A stretch of DNA of 64,000 nucleotides from contig OZ025667.1 in NCBI GenBank assembly GCA_964019335.1, positions 372,001-436,000 on the forward strand. The letters are read 5' to 3'. Origin of the DNA: Diplonema japonicum. Lineage: Eukaryota > Protista > Euglenozoa: Diplonemea. A model generated the notes under the pieces. That model made no database searches, was not told where the DNA came from, and saw only the letters and a list, made by a program, of their open reading frames with translations. Each line of letters begins with the position of its first letter. The stretch's first letter is position 1. The translations under genes and the position numbers were made by a program. Positions 49,095 to 62,007 of the stretch are shown here, piece after piece.

Positions 49095-50991
49095 TTCTCT
49101 TTCTTGTTGGCCTCACACGGAAGGGGGTTTCTTTCTCTTTTGTTTTTATTTTATTTTTGTGTGTGTGTGTGTGTTGGGTTATAAACCTGGAGTGAGATGA
49201 AAACGTGAAACACAAAGAAAAAAAAAAGGGGGGGGAAAAGAATAGAAAGAGAGGTAGTAGAGGAAGAGGAAGAGAAGATGGGTGTGATCCGAAGAATGGC
49301 GAGTGTCCTAGTGTATAGCTGTAACCTTTACACACAAAGAAAACAGACTACACACAGGAAAACTAAATTACATTTTATCGGAGAACCCTTCATATAGAAA
49401 GAGGAAGCAAAAGAGAAACAAACAGGAGGGAGGGAGGGAGGGAGGGAGGGAGGGAGGAGAAAGAAGATAAGTCAGCTAGATAGAGTGCAGGTTGGCCAGC
49501 ATCGCAAAAATCTCAGAAGACAAAAGGTTAAAAATCTGTAAGGTCGATACTCGGCTTTTCGTTAGTATACTAGATACAAGATATAGGTCTTTTTGCGAGC
49601 TCTTTTGTTCTCATTTATGTTTGCAAAGGAAAAAAAGATAACGCCCCATATCTCTAAAACCCGTCACCAACCCTGAGGGGATGCTTCTAGGGGGGGGGTG
49701 TGCTAAACGGGTTTTAGAGATATGACGGCGTAATGGTTTCTCTTTCTTCCTTGCCCCTCTTTCTTCTTTTGCTTCACTTTAAAAATTGGTCACTTCTTCA
49801 TGGTGTATTATGCGAAAACCTGACCATATTCAAAGTAAAAGGGCAACAAGAAAGGGGAGAGTCCTTGTGGAAATTGCGACATTTGCACTCTGTTGTGTCT
49901 TTAAAAACAAGAATTGTTCGCAGAAATAAGGGAGGGAGGGAGAGGGGGGGGGGGGGGGGGGGGGATCAATTACTGTCAAGAAGAAATACTTGTTGATGAA
50001 AGAAAGGTCAAAAGTTAGAAGAAACCACGGGACTAAAAAGTATCTACCGAGGTTGCTCCTTCCTTTCGCTCCCTTTCATTCTTTTTTTTTTTTTTTGCAA
50101 TTTCTTATTTAACAGTGACATGAGAGAGGGGGGGAGGGGGCGACAGAACATAAGGCATTCCAAGTCTATAAGGGTATAAAAAAAGAGGGGAAACAAGCTA
50201 AAAGCTCTGTATTCTTTTTTTTTTTTTTTTTTTTCCTTCTCTTTTTTCTGAGAAGAAAATTAAAGAATTTAAAAGAACAAGTTAAGATAGGGATAGGAAA
50301 AAAATAAAAGTTTTAAAAAAGAAAGGGAGAGCGTCTCAATAAGAGCGCCAAGTGTATTTATTTTCAACGGACACCGTAAACCTCTTAATCAATACCCCCT
50401 TCCTTCTTTGTTCCCCTGAGCCAAGCTTCTTTTCTCAGTGAGCACCCCCATGCACACTGAAATTCTATCGAGTTTTCTTTGCGTTCTTCATGAATCTCTC
50501 GGCTCAGGGGGGAGGAAGGGGAGAGGAAAAAAAGAAGGAGAATATATATCAAGAAGAAGTTTTCTATCTAATATAATTCCTTGCAAGCAGCTGTTGAAGA
50601 AGAAATTGTTTTTCTTTTTTTTTTTTTTTTTTTTTTTTCCGTTCTTTTTTCTTTTTTGCGTGAGGAGAAGGGGTGCCAATGATATATTAAAACCCCTGGT
50701 TTTAAAAAGAAAATCAAAGCATCACTTCCCCTCTAGCAAAAATAATAGGAGGAACAAAAATTGAGGAAATAGCAAAGAAAAAGGGGAAGAAGATGCTGGG
50801 AACGGCAAGAAAAGAACGACATGGCGAAGAGAACACAAATCTACTTCATCCTTTTCGTTGGTGTCGTTCTTAATCTCCGTTTCTCCATTCTTCTCCAATC
50901 TTTTGTTTCTCAACTAAACCTCTCGTTTCAACGCTGTGGGTCATCTTTTTTTATTTTCATATATAATATTTTCATTCTTTTTTTCCTATCT

Positions 50992-53900
50992 CTAATTCCC
51001 TTGCGCGGGCGCCTTGCACCCCCTCGAGGGGCTGATGGCCTCCGCCACGGAATGAGACCAGGCGCCCATCATGTCGTGGGCAGCGTTCCAGAAGAAGGCC
51101 CCACCGTTGCAGGGGTACGCCTCCTTCAGATCGTTCATCACGCTGACAGCCTGCTCCGCGTTGATGTTGGATGAGGTGCCCCCGCATTCACTGATGCAGA
51201 AGCCGAACACTACCTTCGTGGGGTCGTTCCCGAAGACTTCCGTCACGAGGGTACTGAGGTGCGCCAGGGCAGAGGTGAAGACGCCACCGTGGATCCCGTC
51301 CGTGTTGGGGCGCGTCACCCCGTTGTAGTACTGCGGCATGATGAAGTCCACAGAGGCAGCCACCTCCCGCATCACCTCGAAGTAGCCTGTCCCGTGCACG
51401 AGGTCGCTGTCCATAGGGGAGTGGGTCACGAGGCTTCCGGCGGGGAGCTTCTCCCTCAGCTTCAGGGTCGTCTCCCTCAGGAAGGTCTGCGCCTGCGCCC
51501 CCTTTCCGAACGACGAGCCACCCTGCCCGTCCTCGTAGTAGTACAAGTAATCTATGTCGATCCCGTCGAAGCCCTGCGCGCCCGCGATGTCTGTAAGCTG
51601 CTGCGCCAGGTGCTCCTCCTTCCCGAAGCAGTGCTCCCAGCAGTTGTTCAATCCGTCCCACGAACCCCCCATCCCCGCCCCGCCGAAGGAGAGGATCACC
51701 TTCTTTCCCGCGGCCCTCCACTTCGCCACGAGCTCCGCATGTGGGGCGTTCCCGCACACCGCAACGGGTGTCAGGATGTCGCACTGCTCGTTGCACTGGT
51801 TCTCCCTGGAGCCCCAGCTGTAGGTCACCGCAAAGGAAACCAAGACGTGTGTGTAGGCCTCCATCTGCGCGTCTGTCGGACACGCCAGCCAGTTCCCGAC
51901 GGAGGCGACGAGCCTGCTGTCAACGGCTGGGGCCTGCGGAAGGGAAGTAGTAGGAGGAGGAGGGGGGAGGGGGATCCCACCTACACTGCACCCCTTCGAG
52001 GGGCTGATGGCCCCCTCAGAGAGAGAACGAGACCAGGCGCCGTCCGAGTCGGACGCAGAGTTCCAGAAGAAGGCCCCACCGTTGCAGGGGTACGCCTCCT
52101 TCAGATCGTTCATCACGCTGACAGCCTGCTCCGCGTTGGTGTTGGATGAGGTGCCCCCGCATTCACTGATGCAGAAGCCGAACACTACCTTCGTGGGGTT
52201 GTTCCCGAAGACTTCCGTCACGAGGGTACTGAGGTGCGCCAGGGCAGAGGTGAAGACGCCACCGTGGATCCCGTCCGTGTTGGGGCGCGTCACCCCGTTG
52301 TAGTACTGCGGCATGATGAAGTCCACAGAGGCAGCCACCTCCCGCATCACCTCGAAGTAGCCTGTCCCGTGCACGAGGTCGCTGTCCGCGGAAGAGTGGG
52401 TCACGAGGCTTCCGGCGGGGAGCTTCTCCCTCAGCTTCAGGGTCGTCTCCCTCAGGAAGGTCTGCGCCTGTGCCCCCTTTGCGAACGACGAGCCACCCTG
52501 CCCGTCCTCGTAGTAGTACAAGTAGTCGATGTTGATCCCGTCGAAGCCCTGCGCGCCCGCGATGTCTGTAAGCTGCTGCGCCAGGTGCTCCTCCTTCCCG
52601 AAGCAGTGCTCCCAGCAGTCGTTCAATCCGTCCCACGAACCCCCCATCCCCGCCCCGCCGAAGGAGAGGATCACCTTCTTCCCCGCGGCCTTCCACTTCG
52701 CCACGAGCTCCGCATGTGGGGCGTTATCGCACACCGCAACGGGTGTCAGGATGTCGCACTGCTCGTTGCACTGGTTCTTCATTTCACCCCAGGTGTAGGT
52801 CACCGCAAAGGACACGACGACGTGTGTGTAGGCCTCCATCTGCGCGTCTGTCGGACAGGTCAACCAGTTCCCGACGGAGGCGATGAGCCTGCTGTCGTCG
52901 TTGTTATTGTTGTTGTTGTTGTTGTTCGCATTACCACCCACCGGGGCAGGAGTTGTCTCGTCCACGATAGTGATGGTTTGCGTTCTACTGCTGCTTGAGG
53001 CGATAGCCCCGCTGCACACCGATGTCTTGAAGAAGGGGACGATGGACCACACACGGCTGACGGTCCACTCCTTCCCGTTCGACCCTTCCACGGGGACCGG
53101 GTCGCTGTCCACGTAGAAGATGTCGAATTCCTGTCTGCAAGGGGAAACCCCCTCCGCCACCCCGAGCTCCATCGGGTCCGTCGTCTGCTCTGTGTTCACG
53201 CGAACGTCGGCGGGGAAGGAGGAGGATACAAAAGCGGGCGGGGCCGGTTCCAAGGTCACGATCTGCTTCACCGTGTCCGAGATCCCACCGCACACCGGGT
53301 TGTCGTGGAGCTGCCACGTCACCTCCATGAAGGAGGACCCGCACATTCTGTTCGGGAAGTCTGCCACAGGGAGGATACGCTGATTCAAAAGCTTCACCTC
53401 CGCCCCTGCCGTGCACGCGGGGTCGATGAACCAGGGGAGCGGCTTCAGGCTCTCCAGGTTGATCTCCTGGTCGCAGCGGAAGGTGTAGGAGGTGGCCCCT
53501 CCGAGGACCGGGCGACTCCGCACCACCATCCCCGCCTCCGTGCTGATGTCGTTCGTGAGGAGGGCCTGGTTCTCCACCGCCTTGTCCGCCATCTTCGACG
53601 CCATCCTGTTCTGCGTGTTCTCCACGCTCGCCTCGTAGCTCGCCTGGCTGCTGAAGTCGTACGGCATGTCGTCCAGCGTCACCATCTCCTCCGAGCTGGA
53701 CAGCCCGCCCCCGGTCCCCTTCCCCCCGTAGGTGCGCACCCCGCCCCTGAAGCCTGACCCCGAGGCCGCCGACGCATCCGTCCCGAACGGCACCATCACC
53801 GTCGTCGTCTCCAGAGAGGGCATCGGGACCTCCATCCCTGAGTTGACATTCTGCAGCCCTGGGTTCTCACCCTTCGACTCGTCCACAACCTTCGTCTTCT

Positions 53901-56900
53901 GCGACATCTCGTCCGACTTCGTCTTCACCTCCCCCGCAGCGAGAGCCACCTCCTCCATGCACTGCGGGTCCGCGTACCTCGGCCCGTACTTCGTGTGACA
54001 GGTCCTCCCAAAGAAGCAGAACAGGTGGCACCAGCACTCCACCCATCTCTCCTGCACGTACTTGCACCCGTACTCGTTCCTGCCCCCCGCGTCCACCACG
54101 TCGTGCCCCTCCGTGTAGAAAATCCCGATTGCGCTCCCGAAGGCCTTCGCCGCCCCCTCAAAGTCCCCTTGGAAGAGCCTCTCCGCCGCCGTGATGAGGT
54201 CCCCCAGGATCGGAACCTTCTTCAGCACCGCCACCACGTCTCGGATCACCTCCGCCACGTTGTCCAGGAACTCCGACACTGCCTCCTTGATGTAGTTCAG
54301 GGTCGTCTCGAAGATGTTCACGATGTTGTTCCACAGCTGCGTCACCTTCTCCGACACGTAGTTCCACGCATCCGTCACCGCCTTCGCCAATGCCTTCACC
54401 GCCACGTTGATCCCGTCCACGATCTTCTGCCCGAGGTCCCCCAGAGACACCGACACCGCGATGTCGAACTCCGAGTCCTCAAAGCGCGAGGCCACCACCG
54501 CCCGCCCGCTCACCGTCGTCTCCACCAGCGCCAAATCCAGCGTCACCGCGAAGTCGATCACGTTCCCGTTCACCTCCACCTCCGCCCGCAGGTTGATGAA
54601 CAGGACCTGGAGGTCGCAGGAGAAAATGGCGTACGGGATCGGGCGGTTCAGGTCGTACATGAAGAGCACCTGTCGAATCTTCACGATCTCCAAAAAGTTC
54701 ATGTCCCGCAGCTCCATCCTGAAGTAGGTGAGGTCCCAGTTCCAGGTCACGCTCACGTGCGAAGACAGCGCCCCGTTGAAGAGGTCGATCCCTGCGGTGA
54801 AGGAGAAGATCTCCGCGTTCAGGGTCACGTTCAGGTAGCCGTACGACTTCAGCATCGGGATGTCGAAGGCTCCCCCGATGTCGATCAGGACGCTCGGGGA
54901 CGGCGCCACCTGCAGGTCTACCAGGAACTTCGCCCCGCCCACCGCCACCTTGTTCTCCAAGCGGTTCCCGATGCGGAGCTGGAACTCCCCGATCCTCAGG
55001 TCCACGGGGTCCATCCAGGCGTCGATGTAGAAGCGCGTCTTGCTCACCGCGAGGTCGATCGCGATCTCCCAGCCGAGGAAGTTCAGGCGACCCTGCAGGG
55101 CGACCCCCGCCGGGATCACCACGTCGCCGCTCCGGAAGGTCAGCCTCTGCTCCTTGATCGGGCTGAAGGAGAAGAAGGCGAAGCACTCCAGGTCCAGGGT
55201 CGTCTCGTTCGCGTAGCCCTCCAGCATCCCCGCGCACTTCGTCTTGTAGTCTCTGTCGAAGGGGTAGATCCCGGACTCCGCAAGCTTCCCGGGGATCACC
55301 AACCCGTCCAGCCCGGGCACGTAGTCCGACAAGACCCCGATGGCCCCGCCGATGGTGAGTTCCGACACCATCGCGATGAAGTAGTTGTCTTCGGGAACCG
55401 TGCTGCTCACCCCGACGTAGGTGCGACCCTCGATGTAGGGCTGCGTCCGCGTCTCGCAGTTTTGCTCATTCCCGAGGCACACCGCCCCGCCCAGCACGAA
55501 CCCAGACGGGAGCGGGGATTTCAAATCCCACTCCACCCCGAGGATGATGTCCCCAATCTGCAGGAAGGGAAGCCCCAGGGCGTTGTTCCACCACCCGTCC
55601 ATCTTCAGTGACCCGCGCACCAGCTGCGCCGTCGGGCTCACCACCAGTGACAGGTCCCCGATCAAGAACAGGAAGTACCGGTCCGCGTAGGCCCCGTCGC
55701 ACCGCTCCACGCAGATCTTCAGCGGGATGTTCACCCCGAGCTTCGACAGCGGGAGTCCCCCAGAGATCACATATTCATACTGCACGTAGATGCTCATCCC
55801 GAGCGTTCCCTCCACATTCACCACCGCGAAGTTAGCCTCCGAAGTGTCCGGGTCCGTCCCGATCCGCAGTTCCAGCAAAATCGACCCAGAGAACTGCAGC
55901 TCCGCGCTCGTCGACACCCGGAAGTTGTCCGTCACGTCTGCCACCACTTCCAGGAAGTCCCCCTCCAGGATGTCCGGGAGCTTCGGAGTCCCGATCGCGT
56001 ACAGCTTCACCCCCGAGGTCGTCATTGCCAGCGCGAGCTTCGTGTCCTGGATCCCGAAGGACAGTATGGGCGATAGGGCCGTGTCCAGCACCTGCGCCAC
56101 CCCCTCGTCGAAGCTGCTCGTCACCAAGTAGGCCACGTTCGCCACCGTCATCTCGTCCACCCAGACGCTCGCCTCCACTCCATCGCATGCGGGAGCCTGC
56201 CCGATGCGTCCCGTTCCGGACACCGTCGTCGTCGGCGTTGGGGCAGCGCAGTTTCCGAGACAGAAGGGCATCGTCACTTCTCCCCTCTGCACAATTGGCT
56301 TGATGAGCTCCAAAAAGTCTCCGAGGTCTGACGAGGCGTCCAGAAGCTCTCTTGTGCTATGCTTTGTGGTGGTGTTCATGCTGCTGCTGCTGCTGTCGGT
56401 TTTTGTCGTGTACGTGCGTGCTTTCGTGTCTGCGCTCGCAGTGGAGTCCATCGGGCACGCTTCAGGGTCGTAAGCCACACTCGCCCCGTCGTTCGTGTCT
56501 TCCAGCGTCACAGCCATCCCCAAGCTGAACCCAATCCCAGACCACTTGTTCCCCTGAGCGTCCGTGATGGAGCTTCTCTTCTGACTCAACCAGGAGCTCG
56601 GGAGCTCTCTGATCCCGTCCCTGATTTTCCCCGAAAGTCCATCCAGTGCGAGGTCCATCGCCTTGATCGCCTCCTTGTTCTTCATCGTGAAAATGTGCTT
56701 CCCCCACGACTTCAAGCTCACCCCGAACCCTCCGAACAGCACGTTCTCCCACCAGGTGCTCGCCGATGTCACCTCGACGCACCTCCAGTGCGGGTGCGTG
56801 AAGACAATCGTGATCCCGTCGATCCCCACCGTCGATGAGATGATGGCAGGCATGTCGATCCCGACCTCGAAGGCGAACCCGCTGAAGGCCCCGGCGCTCG

Positions 56901-58212
56901 CGAACCACTCCACCGACAGCGCCACCTCGAACAGCGTGTTAGCGAAGAAGCCCTTCTCGTCCGTCTTCTCGCTCGCGCGTGCCCTCGTCCTCCCCCGATA
57001 CAGCACCTTCCCATCCCTCTCTTTCTCCATCTCCACAGACAGAGCCTTCCTCCTGTACCCAAGAGAGGTTTCCTTCACGCACACTCCGTTCTCGCACCCC
57101 TCGTCCAGTCCGCAGTCGTTGTCGCTGGTGCAACCATCAGCCTCAACCGCTCGAGGGGTCAATACTGACAACTCGGTATCGGGTTCAGGAGTGGGAGCAG
57201 GAGTAGGAATAGGAGTAGGGGCAGGCGTGGGAATAGGAGTAGGGGCAGGTGTAGGAATAGGAGTAGGAGCAGGAGTGGGAATAGGAGTAGGGGCAGGCGT
57301 GGGAATAGGAGTAGGGGCAGGTGTAGGAGCAGGTGTAGGAATAGGAGTAGGAGCAGGCGTGGGAATAGGAGTAGGGGCAGGTGTAGGAATAGGAGTAGGA
57401 GCAGGAGTGGGAATAGGAGTAGGAGCAGGCGTGGGAATAGGAGTAGGGGCAGGAGTGGGAGCAGGAGTAGCAACGGCGCTCTCTTTCTCGTAGTTAATGC
57501 CCGCACCCCATCCAAGACCCAGACCCGTAAAGAAGTTTGCCTTCCCACCCGGGACAGCCTCCAATCCGATGCTCCACCCAAGCCCAACAGAGGGGGTGAA
57601 TTGGAAGTTCCCTACCTTCAGCCCCTCGTACGCGACACTGAAGCTGATCGTCACCGTGAAGAGCGCGCACCCGAAGTTCGCGTTCGCTTGTGAGGCGCAG
57701 AGGTACCCGATCGCACAGCAGTCCTCCAGGGGCTTCACCATCCTCCGCTTCTGGTGGTTCTGCTGCGCCTCGAGGAGCATCGCCGCCCTGTTCGCCGAGG
57801 CAGTCGTCGAGTTGCACTGCCCGGAGAAGGTGCGGATGTAGGGCTTCAGGCTGTTCGCGAGGTCGGGGATGTCTGCCAGGAAGGTTTCGACAGTCGCGGT
57901 GTCTTCGAAGAACTCCATCAGCCCGTCCGCCGCCTCCACCGCTTTGTCCTTCAGGGTGTTCAGCTGGTCGAGGGCCCCCGTCACCGCCTCTATCGCCTCT
58001 TGCACCCCGAGGGCCTCCAGCACCTCGTCCGCCCTGTCCGCAAGGGCATCCGCCACGGCCCCCCTGAAGGCGTCCACCGTGTCCGCCAGCGACGTGGCCA
58101 GCGACGTCACCGTCAGCGGCTCAGAAGTCGACGTCGTTGAGGGCGCTGTGTCCTGCGCCCCTGCAAGGAGCGCAACAGCCAACGCCAGCAGTGCTGTCTG
58201 CAAGATTCTCAT
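50992..58212 (-). CDS. 2406-aa GH18-like multidomain protein (copy 3, first in transcription order)
   Basis: Translation appears identical to copy 1. Confidence 0.88.
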   Translation of the reverse strand: MRILQTALLALAVALLAGAQDTAPSTTSTSEPLTVTSLATSLADTVDAFRGAVADALADRADEVLEALGVQEAIEAVTGALDQLNTLKDKAVEAADGLMEFFEDTATVETFLADIPDLANSLKPYIRTFSGQCNSTTASANRAAMLLEAQQNHQKRRMVKPLEDCCAIGYLCASQANANFGCALFTVTISFSVAYEGLKVGNFQFTPSVGLGWSIGLEAVPGGKANFFTGLGLGWGAGINYEKESAVATPAPTPAPTPIPTPAPTPIPTPAPTPIPTPAPTPIPTPAPTPIPTPAPTPAPTPIPTPAPTPIPTPAPTPIPTPAPTPIPTPAPTPIPTPAPTPEPDTELSVLTPRAVEADGCTSDNDCGLDEGCENGVCVKETSLGYRRKALSVEMEKERDGKVLYRGRTRARASEKTDEKGFFANTLFEVALSVEWFASAGAFSGFAFEVGIDMPAIISSTVGIDGITIVFTHPHWRCVEVTSASTWWENVLFGGFGVSLKSWGKHIFTMKNKEAIKAMDLALDGLSGKIRDGIRELPSSWLSQKRSSITDAQGNKWSGIGFSLGMAVTLEDTNDGASVAYDPEACPMDSTASADTKARTYTTKTDSSSSSMNTTTKHSTRELLDASSDLGDFLELIKPIVQRGEVTMPFCLGNCAAPTPTTTVSGTGRIGQAPACDGVEASVWVDEMTVANVAYLVTSSFDEGVAQVLDTALSPILSFGIQDTKLALAMTTSGVKLYAIGTPKLPDILEGDFLEVVADVTDNFRVSTSAELQFSGSILLELRIGTDPDTSEANFAVVNVEGTLGMSIYVQYEYVISGGLPLSKLGVNIPLKICVERCDGAYADRYFLFLIGDLSLVVSPTAQLVRGSLKMDGWWNNALGLPFLQIGDIILGVEWDLKSPLPSGFVLGGAVCLGNEQNCETRTQPYIEGRTYVGVSSTVPEDNYFIAMVSELTIGGAIGVLSDYVPGLDGLVIPGKLAESGIYPFDRDYKTKCAGMLEGYANETTLDLECFAFFSFSPIKEQRLTFRSGDVVIPAGVALQGRLNFLGWEIAIDLAVSKTRFYIDAWMDPVDLRIGEFQLRIGNRLENKVAVGGAKFLVDLQVAPSPSVLIDIGGAFDIPMLKSYGYLNVTLNAEIFSFTAGIDLFNGALSSHVSVTWNWDLTYFRMELRDMNFLEIVKIRQVLFMYDLNRPIPYAIFSCDLQVLFINLRAEVEVNGNVIDFAVTLDLALVETTVSGRAVVASRFEDSEFDIAVSVSLGDLGQKIVDGINVAVKALAKAVTDAWNYVSEKVTQLWNNIVNIFETTLNYIKEAVSEFLDNVAEVIRDVVAVLKKVPILGDLITAAERLFQGDFEGAAKAFGSAIGIFYTEGHDVVDAGGRNEYGCKYVQERWVECWCHLFCFFGRTCHTKYGPRYADPQCMEEVALAAGEVKTKSDEMSQKTKVVDESKGENPGLQNVNSGMEVPMPSLETTTVMVPFGTDASAASGSGFRGGVRTYGGKGTGGGLSSSEEMVTLDDMPYDFSSQASYEASVENTQNRMASKMADKAVENQALLTNDISTEAGMVVRSRPVLGGATSYTFRCDQEINLESLKPLPWFIDPACTAGAEVKLLNQRILPVADFPNRMCGSSFMEVTWQLHDNPVCGGISDTVKQIVTLEPAPPAFVSSSFPADVRVNTEQTTDPMELGVAEGVSPCRQEFDIFYVDSDPVPVEGSNGKEWTVSRVWSIVPFFKTSVCSGAIASSSSRTQTITIVDETTPAPVGGNANNNNNNNNNDDSRLIASVGNWLTCPTDAQMEAYTHVVVSFAVTYTWGEMKNQCNEQCDILTPVAVCDNAPHAELVAKWKAAGKKVILSFGGAGMGGSWDGLNDCWEHCFGKEEHLAQQLTDIAGAQGFDGINIDYLYYYEDGQGGSSFAKGAQAQTFLRETTLKLREKLPAGSLVTHSSADSDLVHGTGYFEVMREVAASVDFIMPQYYNGVTRPNTDGIHGGVFTSALAHLSTLVTEVFGNNPTKVVFGFCISECGGTSSNTNAEQAVSVMNDLKEAYPCNGGAFFWNSASDSDGAWSRSLSEGAISPSKGCSVGGIPLPPPPPTTSLPQAPAVDSRLVASVGNWLACPTDAQMEAYTHVLVSFAVTYSWGSRENQCNEQCDILTPVAVCGNAPHAELVAKWRAAGKKVILSFGGAGMGGSWDGLNNCWEHCFGKEEHLAQQLTDIAGAQGFDGIDIDYLYYYEDGQGGSSFGKGAQAQTFLRETTLKLREKLPAGSLVTHSPMDSDLVHGTGYFEVMREVAASVDFIMPQYYNGVTRPNTDGIHGGVFTSALAHLSTLVTEVFGNDPTKVVFGFCISECGGTSSNINAEQAVSVMNDLKEAYPCNGGAFFWNAAHDMMGAWSHSVAEAISPSRGCKAPAQGN

Positions 58213-58363
58213 TTCTCTTTCTTGTTGGCCTCACACGGAAGGGGGTTTCTTTCTCTTTTGTTTTTATTTTATTTTTGTGTGTGTGTGTGTGTTGGGTTAT
58301 AAACCTGGAGTGAGATGCCGGGGGGGGGGGGGCAACGCAAAATACTGCAAAAAAAAACAACTC

Positions 58364-60705
58364 CTAGACAAGCTCTTCTGGATCGCCATCATTTCGGCTC
58401 TCGTCGTCAAGAACGCCTGTGTCATCGTCTATCTCGTTTGCAGTGTCTCCCAACTGTACATCACCGCCACCTCGCGAACTAACCCCACCTCTGGAGAGCC
58501 CGCCTCGTCCACGGCCTGTGCTGAGTAAGGCCGAATGGGGTTCAGGTGTGGTTGGGGTAGTGTCGCTGTGTGCGGCAACCTCCTGCTGGCCATCCGGCCT
58601 GTGGTCCGTGTTCATCGTTTGCTCAGAAGCCTCGCTTACCTTGTTGAGAGCTGCTTCCTTTACCGGCTGTGTTTTGATTTTAGAAAACACGCTATCCTTG
58701 TTGTACCCTAGGGTGGTAAGGTCAGTTGCGTTATATAACTCAAACACCAATTGCAACGCAGCGTCTGTGTACAAGTCAAGCTTTGAGGAAGTGCCAACTG
58801 AGTGTTTGGCACCTCTTTGGTATTGGGGAGCTAGTGGCTTCGTGCCTGTCAAACTATAAAGAGCTGCAGCATCATCGGCATCCTCCAGCTTCCCTACCCA
58901 GTCGTAGTGCAGTACGTCGAGGCCGCACACTGTGACAGAAGGTAGCCAGTGCGCATTTTTGAAATCTATTTTCTCACTTGGGTACTTCTTCATCAGTTCA
59001 AGCACTTCGGTAAAAGTAACATTTACTCCTGGCAGCACCCCTCTGTAGTTGACCAGCGAGTTCTTCCACACTCGACACTCTCCCGAGTCCCTTTTCGGTT
59101 GCTCTTCACATTTGTGGAACCTCTCCAAAAACGTAGCCAATATTCGTGTATAAGGGTTCCTCACAACAGTGAACTGTATTGTGATTTTAGAAAAAGAAAA
59201 AGAAAATTACAAACAGGGTACCGGATATAGACTCAATACGGGGCAGAAAAGTTACAAGTCCGTTTTTGTTCCATATCTATAGTTCCAAGTTAATTTCGCA
59301 TATTTAGTTTTCTTGGGCGGTGTCTAAAGAGCCAGAATAAAATAAAATCCGACAAAATTTACCGTTGAAATAAAACATAAGGCGATGTTACATGCAAACT
59401 CCGCGCGAGAGCCACATGCCCCGTATAAATAGGGGATGGACTCCAGTACTGGTAGCTCTCAGTTTCTGTCAAATCTCGCGACTCCTCCAGGTGCTGGCCT
59501 CATCAGGCGAGGCACCCTTCAACGGCTTCTGCTAGCGTCGCAGCAGGTGAAGAGTCCTGTTCCGACCACGGTGGATCCGCATTTGCACTGTGAACCCCAG
59601 CCTGGCACCCCGGACCAGATTCTACGTCTAAGTTCCAAATTGGTTTTCGAAATCGAAAAAGCTCCATAATTATTATTATTATCCGTCGAATATTTTTCGC
59701 CCATATCAAGTCCAAATATGGTATCGGCATACTTTAAAATATTCCCCTGACAAAAACATGTCCAGCAGCTTCCCGTTGGGAAGAAACTGCGCGTTGAACA
59801 GCCGTGGGCCTTTGTACAGAGCCCTGTTGTGGACAGTGCCGCCGTTGTAATGGCCAGTGTTTTGGATCATCCATGCCTTCATGCCAGTGCATCCCGCTTT
59901 TGGCACTGCACAGTACTGTTGTTGTTTGGTACTGAAGTTTGCTGAATGTGTTGCATACCATTAACTTCAGCTCCTCATCAATGTATAACTGCTCGATCAT
60001 CCCCTTCCTTCGGAGAGTTTTCATAGTTTCTAAGGTGACGTCTTGCTTTGCGAACCCTCCTTCCTGGGCAACCTCAGTTACAGGGTTCTTGAATCTCATA
60101 TGTTCCTTCCTTACAGACGGCACCTCTTCAGAGGCGCTGCAGTACTGAGGCAACGGTGGTGCAGTGTAAGAGGAACCTTTAGTGCTGTGCCACAGCGCTC
60201 GCAGTGCTGCAGTATTCTTGAGTGACGCGCATATCGCAGGCTCCGTGTCTGTATCCTTGTCGGAATGATGCTGATCAGTTTCCGAATTGGAGCCCGGAAG
60301 TGCCACGGATATGGGCTCGGCGGTGTGGGTAGGAGGTGCTTGAGTAGGTGCCTGGGTAGGAGAGAAGGTGTGTATCTCTGCAGGAGCCTGAGTTGGTTCC
60401 TTAGTAAGTTCAGTTGGCTGTGGTGTCTCCTCACGCTCAGGAGCAACCGAGTGTTCGGGCTGCGGTGTTTCGCCGGTTCTTATTTTTCTGAATGGCTCGC
60501 TTAGTCGCCTCCTTTCCTGCCGTTGCCGCATTTTGCTTCTACTTCCCCACACTTCTTTCCCCAAAAATAAACCTAACGACAGAATTATGCAAATCAGCAA
60601 ACACCACCTGCGCCATGTATTCGTTGGCTGGTGCTGTGTTGCTCCTCCTGCGTGTGTTTTGGCTTCCTGGCTCTTAACCTTCTTGCCCTGGGATAAGACC
60701 CTCAT
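58364..60705 (-). CDS. Golgi-type carbohydrate sulfotransferase (Sulfotransfer_2 family); introns 59916-59958 and 59174-59732
   Basis: Type II TM N-terminus; spliced KLM|YCAVPKAGCTGMK (5'-PSB), YFK|FTVVRNPYTRILATF (3'-PB), HWLP..CG..YDWVGKLE. Confidence 0.85.
59219..59723. mobile_element. Degenerate TA-flanked TIR element inside the sulfotransferase intron
   Basis: TA-CCGGATATAGACTCAATACGGGGCAGAAAA versus reverse complement TA-CCATATTTGGACTTGATATGGGCGAAAAAT (about 19/30 identity); inflates the intron to 559 nt. Confidence 0.5.
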
Positions 60706-60711
60706 TTTTAT

Positions 60712-60786
60712 GTGACCGCAGTGGGAGGACCTGTAACCGCAGTGGGAGGATCCGTGACTGCAGTGGGGAGGACTTGTGACTGCAGT
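60712..60786. repeat. ~21-bp minisatellite x3.5 in intergenic DNA
   Basis: GTGACCGCAGTGGGAGGACCT / GTAACCGCAGTGGGAGGATCC / GTGACTGCAGTGGGGAGGACTT / GTGACTGCAG. Confidence 0.8.
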
Positions 60787-61095
60787 TTACCTTACATATT
60801 GAAGGTCATTCTCGCGTTCAGGGATGCGGACTACTTGTTGTTGTGCTCCAACAACAATTCTCTTCCAGTGTAAGGGTTTGAATCCCTGTTCTGCTTGCAG
60901 AGGGTTTGATTCTGCAAGCAGCCTTATCGTATGCCGCCTTTGCTTGCTGAGATCTGTGTACTGTTCTAGATCTAGCTTTGCAAAGAGGACACGGACTTTG
61001 TGAAAACCAAGATGTTCTTCATATGGTGACTCCCAGTAGGTGAGCCCAAAAAGCACGCAGCTAACAAGCAGACAACATAGAAAGGCACGCAGCAT
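60787..61095 (-). CDS. Small hypothetical protein with N-terminal signal/TM segment
   Basis: 102-aa ORF MLRAFLCCLLVSCVLFGL..; fills the gap in the - strand cluster. Confidence 0.45.
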   Translation of the reverse strand: MLRAFLCCLLVSCVLFGLTYWESPYEEHLGFHKVRVLFAKLDLEQYTDLSKQRRHTIRLLAESNPLQAEQGFKPLHWKRIVVGAQQQVVRIPERENDLQYVR

Positions 61096-61185
61096 GGAAC
61101 CTGTGGATCTGGGCTGGCTGAAAAGTAGGATAAAAAAGAAAATAGAATTGTATACACATTAAAAAAAAGACCCCTTCCAACAAAT

Positions 61186-61977
61186 TCAAGTTTGTGTCAA
61201 TCGTTTCAATTCGTTATTGAGCTGTATGTTCCCTTTCTTGATGAAGCGTAGCTCCTCCTCGTGCTGGACTTCGAGCAGCTTTTGTCTGTCTTCTATTATT
61301 CGCTTTGTCTTGTCCAGTTTTGCGGCGAGTGAGTGGACTCGCTTCTGCTGTATTTGCACTTCATATTCCAGTGTTTCTAGTTCTTTTTCAATCTCCAGCT
61401 GGATGTTCCTTTGAATCACCTTTCGCATGCTAAGTGACGCCGCCGTATCAATGAGGGACTTGTAGCCGTTGATTGTTGTGTTGAGCTCATCCCTTACTCT
61501 GCTCAAAGTCAGCCCTCTTTCAGGGCATTCAATGGTCACTTGTCTTATTAGCTCATCAAAGCACTGCTGACCGAGTTCTTCCCTCTGCAAGCATACACCC
61601 TCCGGCCGTGCACTGCGCAATTGTGATCTGAGCTCTAACTGCTCTTGCAATGCTATAACATCGAGACCTGTCGTGGGCACCTCAGATATATCTTGCTCAT
61701 ATATTATACCATTCTCTTCTATTATCTTCGGTGGGAATAACAAATGCAACACACTTGTTGCTTCCAACACCTGCTTGGTCCTTTCCACACCTTCATCCGG
61801 AGGCACCAAACCCTGCCTTGGGCTGCATGGTGACTTCGACCTCTCAGCGGAACCCACAGTGACCCGCCCCTTCTTCCTTGGCGGCTTGTACAGAACCAAA
61901 GATTCTGACAACTGTGCAATTGTTGCTCCCACCTCATTGGGATCCTCAAGCACAGTACTGCCCCCCATGGTACTCAT
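61186..61977 (-). CDS. DNALI1: Axonemal inner-arm dynein light chain p28 family
   Basis: DVIALQEQLE..ARPEGVCLQREELGQQCFDELIRQVTIECPERGLTLSRVRDE..HEEELRFIKKGNIQL. Confidence 0.85.
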   Translation of the reverse strand: MSTMGGSTVLEDPNEVGATIAQLSESLVLYKPPRKKGRVTVGSAERSKSPCSPRQGLVPPDEGVERTKQVLEATSVLHLLFPPKIIEENGIIYEQDISEVPTTGLDVIALQEQLELRSQLRSARPEGVCLQREELGQQCFDELIRQVTIECPERGLTLSRVRDELNTTINGYKSLIDTAASLSMRKVIQRNIQLEIEKELETLEYEVQIQQKRVHSLAAKLDKTKRIIEDRQKLLEVQHEEELRFIKKGNIQLNNELKRLTQT

Positions 61978-62007
61978 TTTGCCTGTATGGATGATAGCCG
62001 ATAGATT

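Larger units (their letters stand above)
29738..58317 (-). repeat. Head-to-tail tandem array of a ~9.12-kb unit (periods 9118/9130/9118), at least 3 full copies plus 1 partial
   Basis: Identical ORF starts at 30846, 39964, 49094 and 58212; matching 1.9-kb spacers; shared sequence ends at 58317. Confidence 0.97.

Noticed and set aside
59459-59470. CAGTTTCTGT partial SL-like match
   Set aside because: Only 10 nt match and the flanks do not fit the SL.
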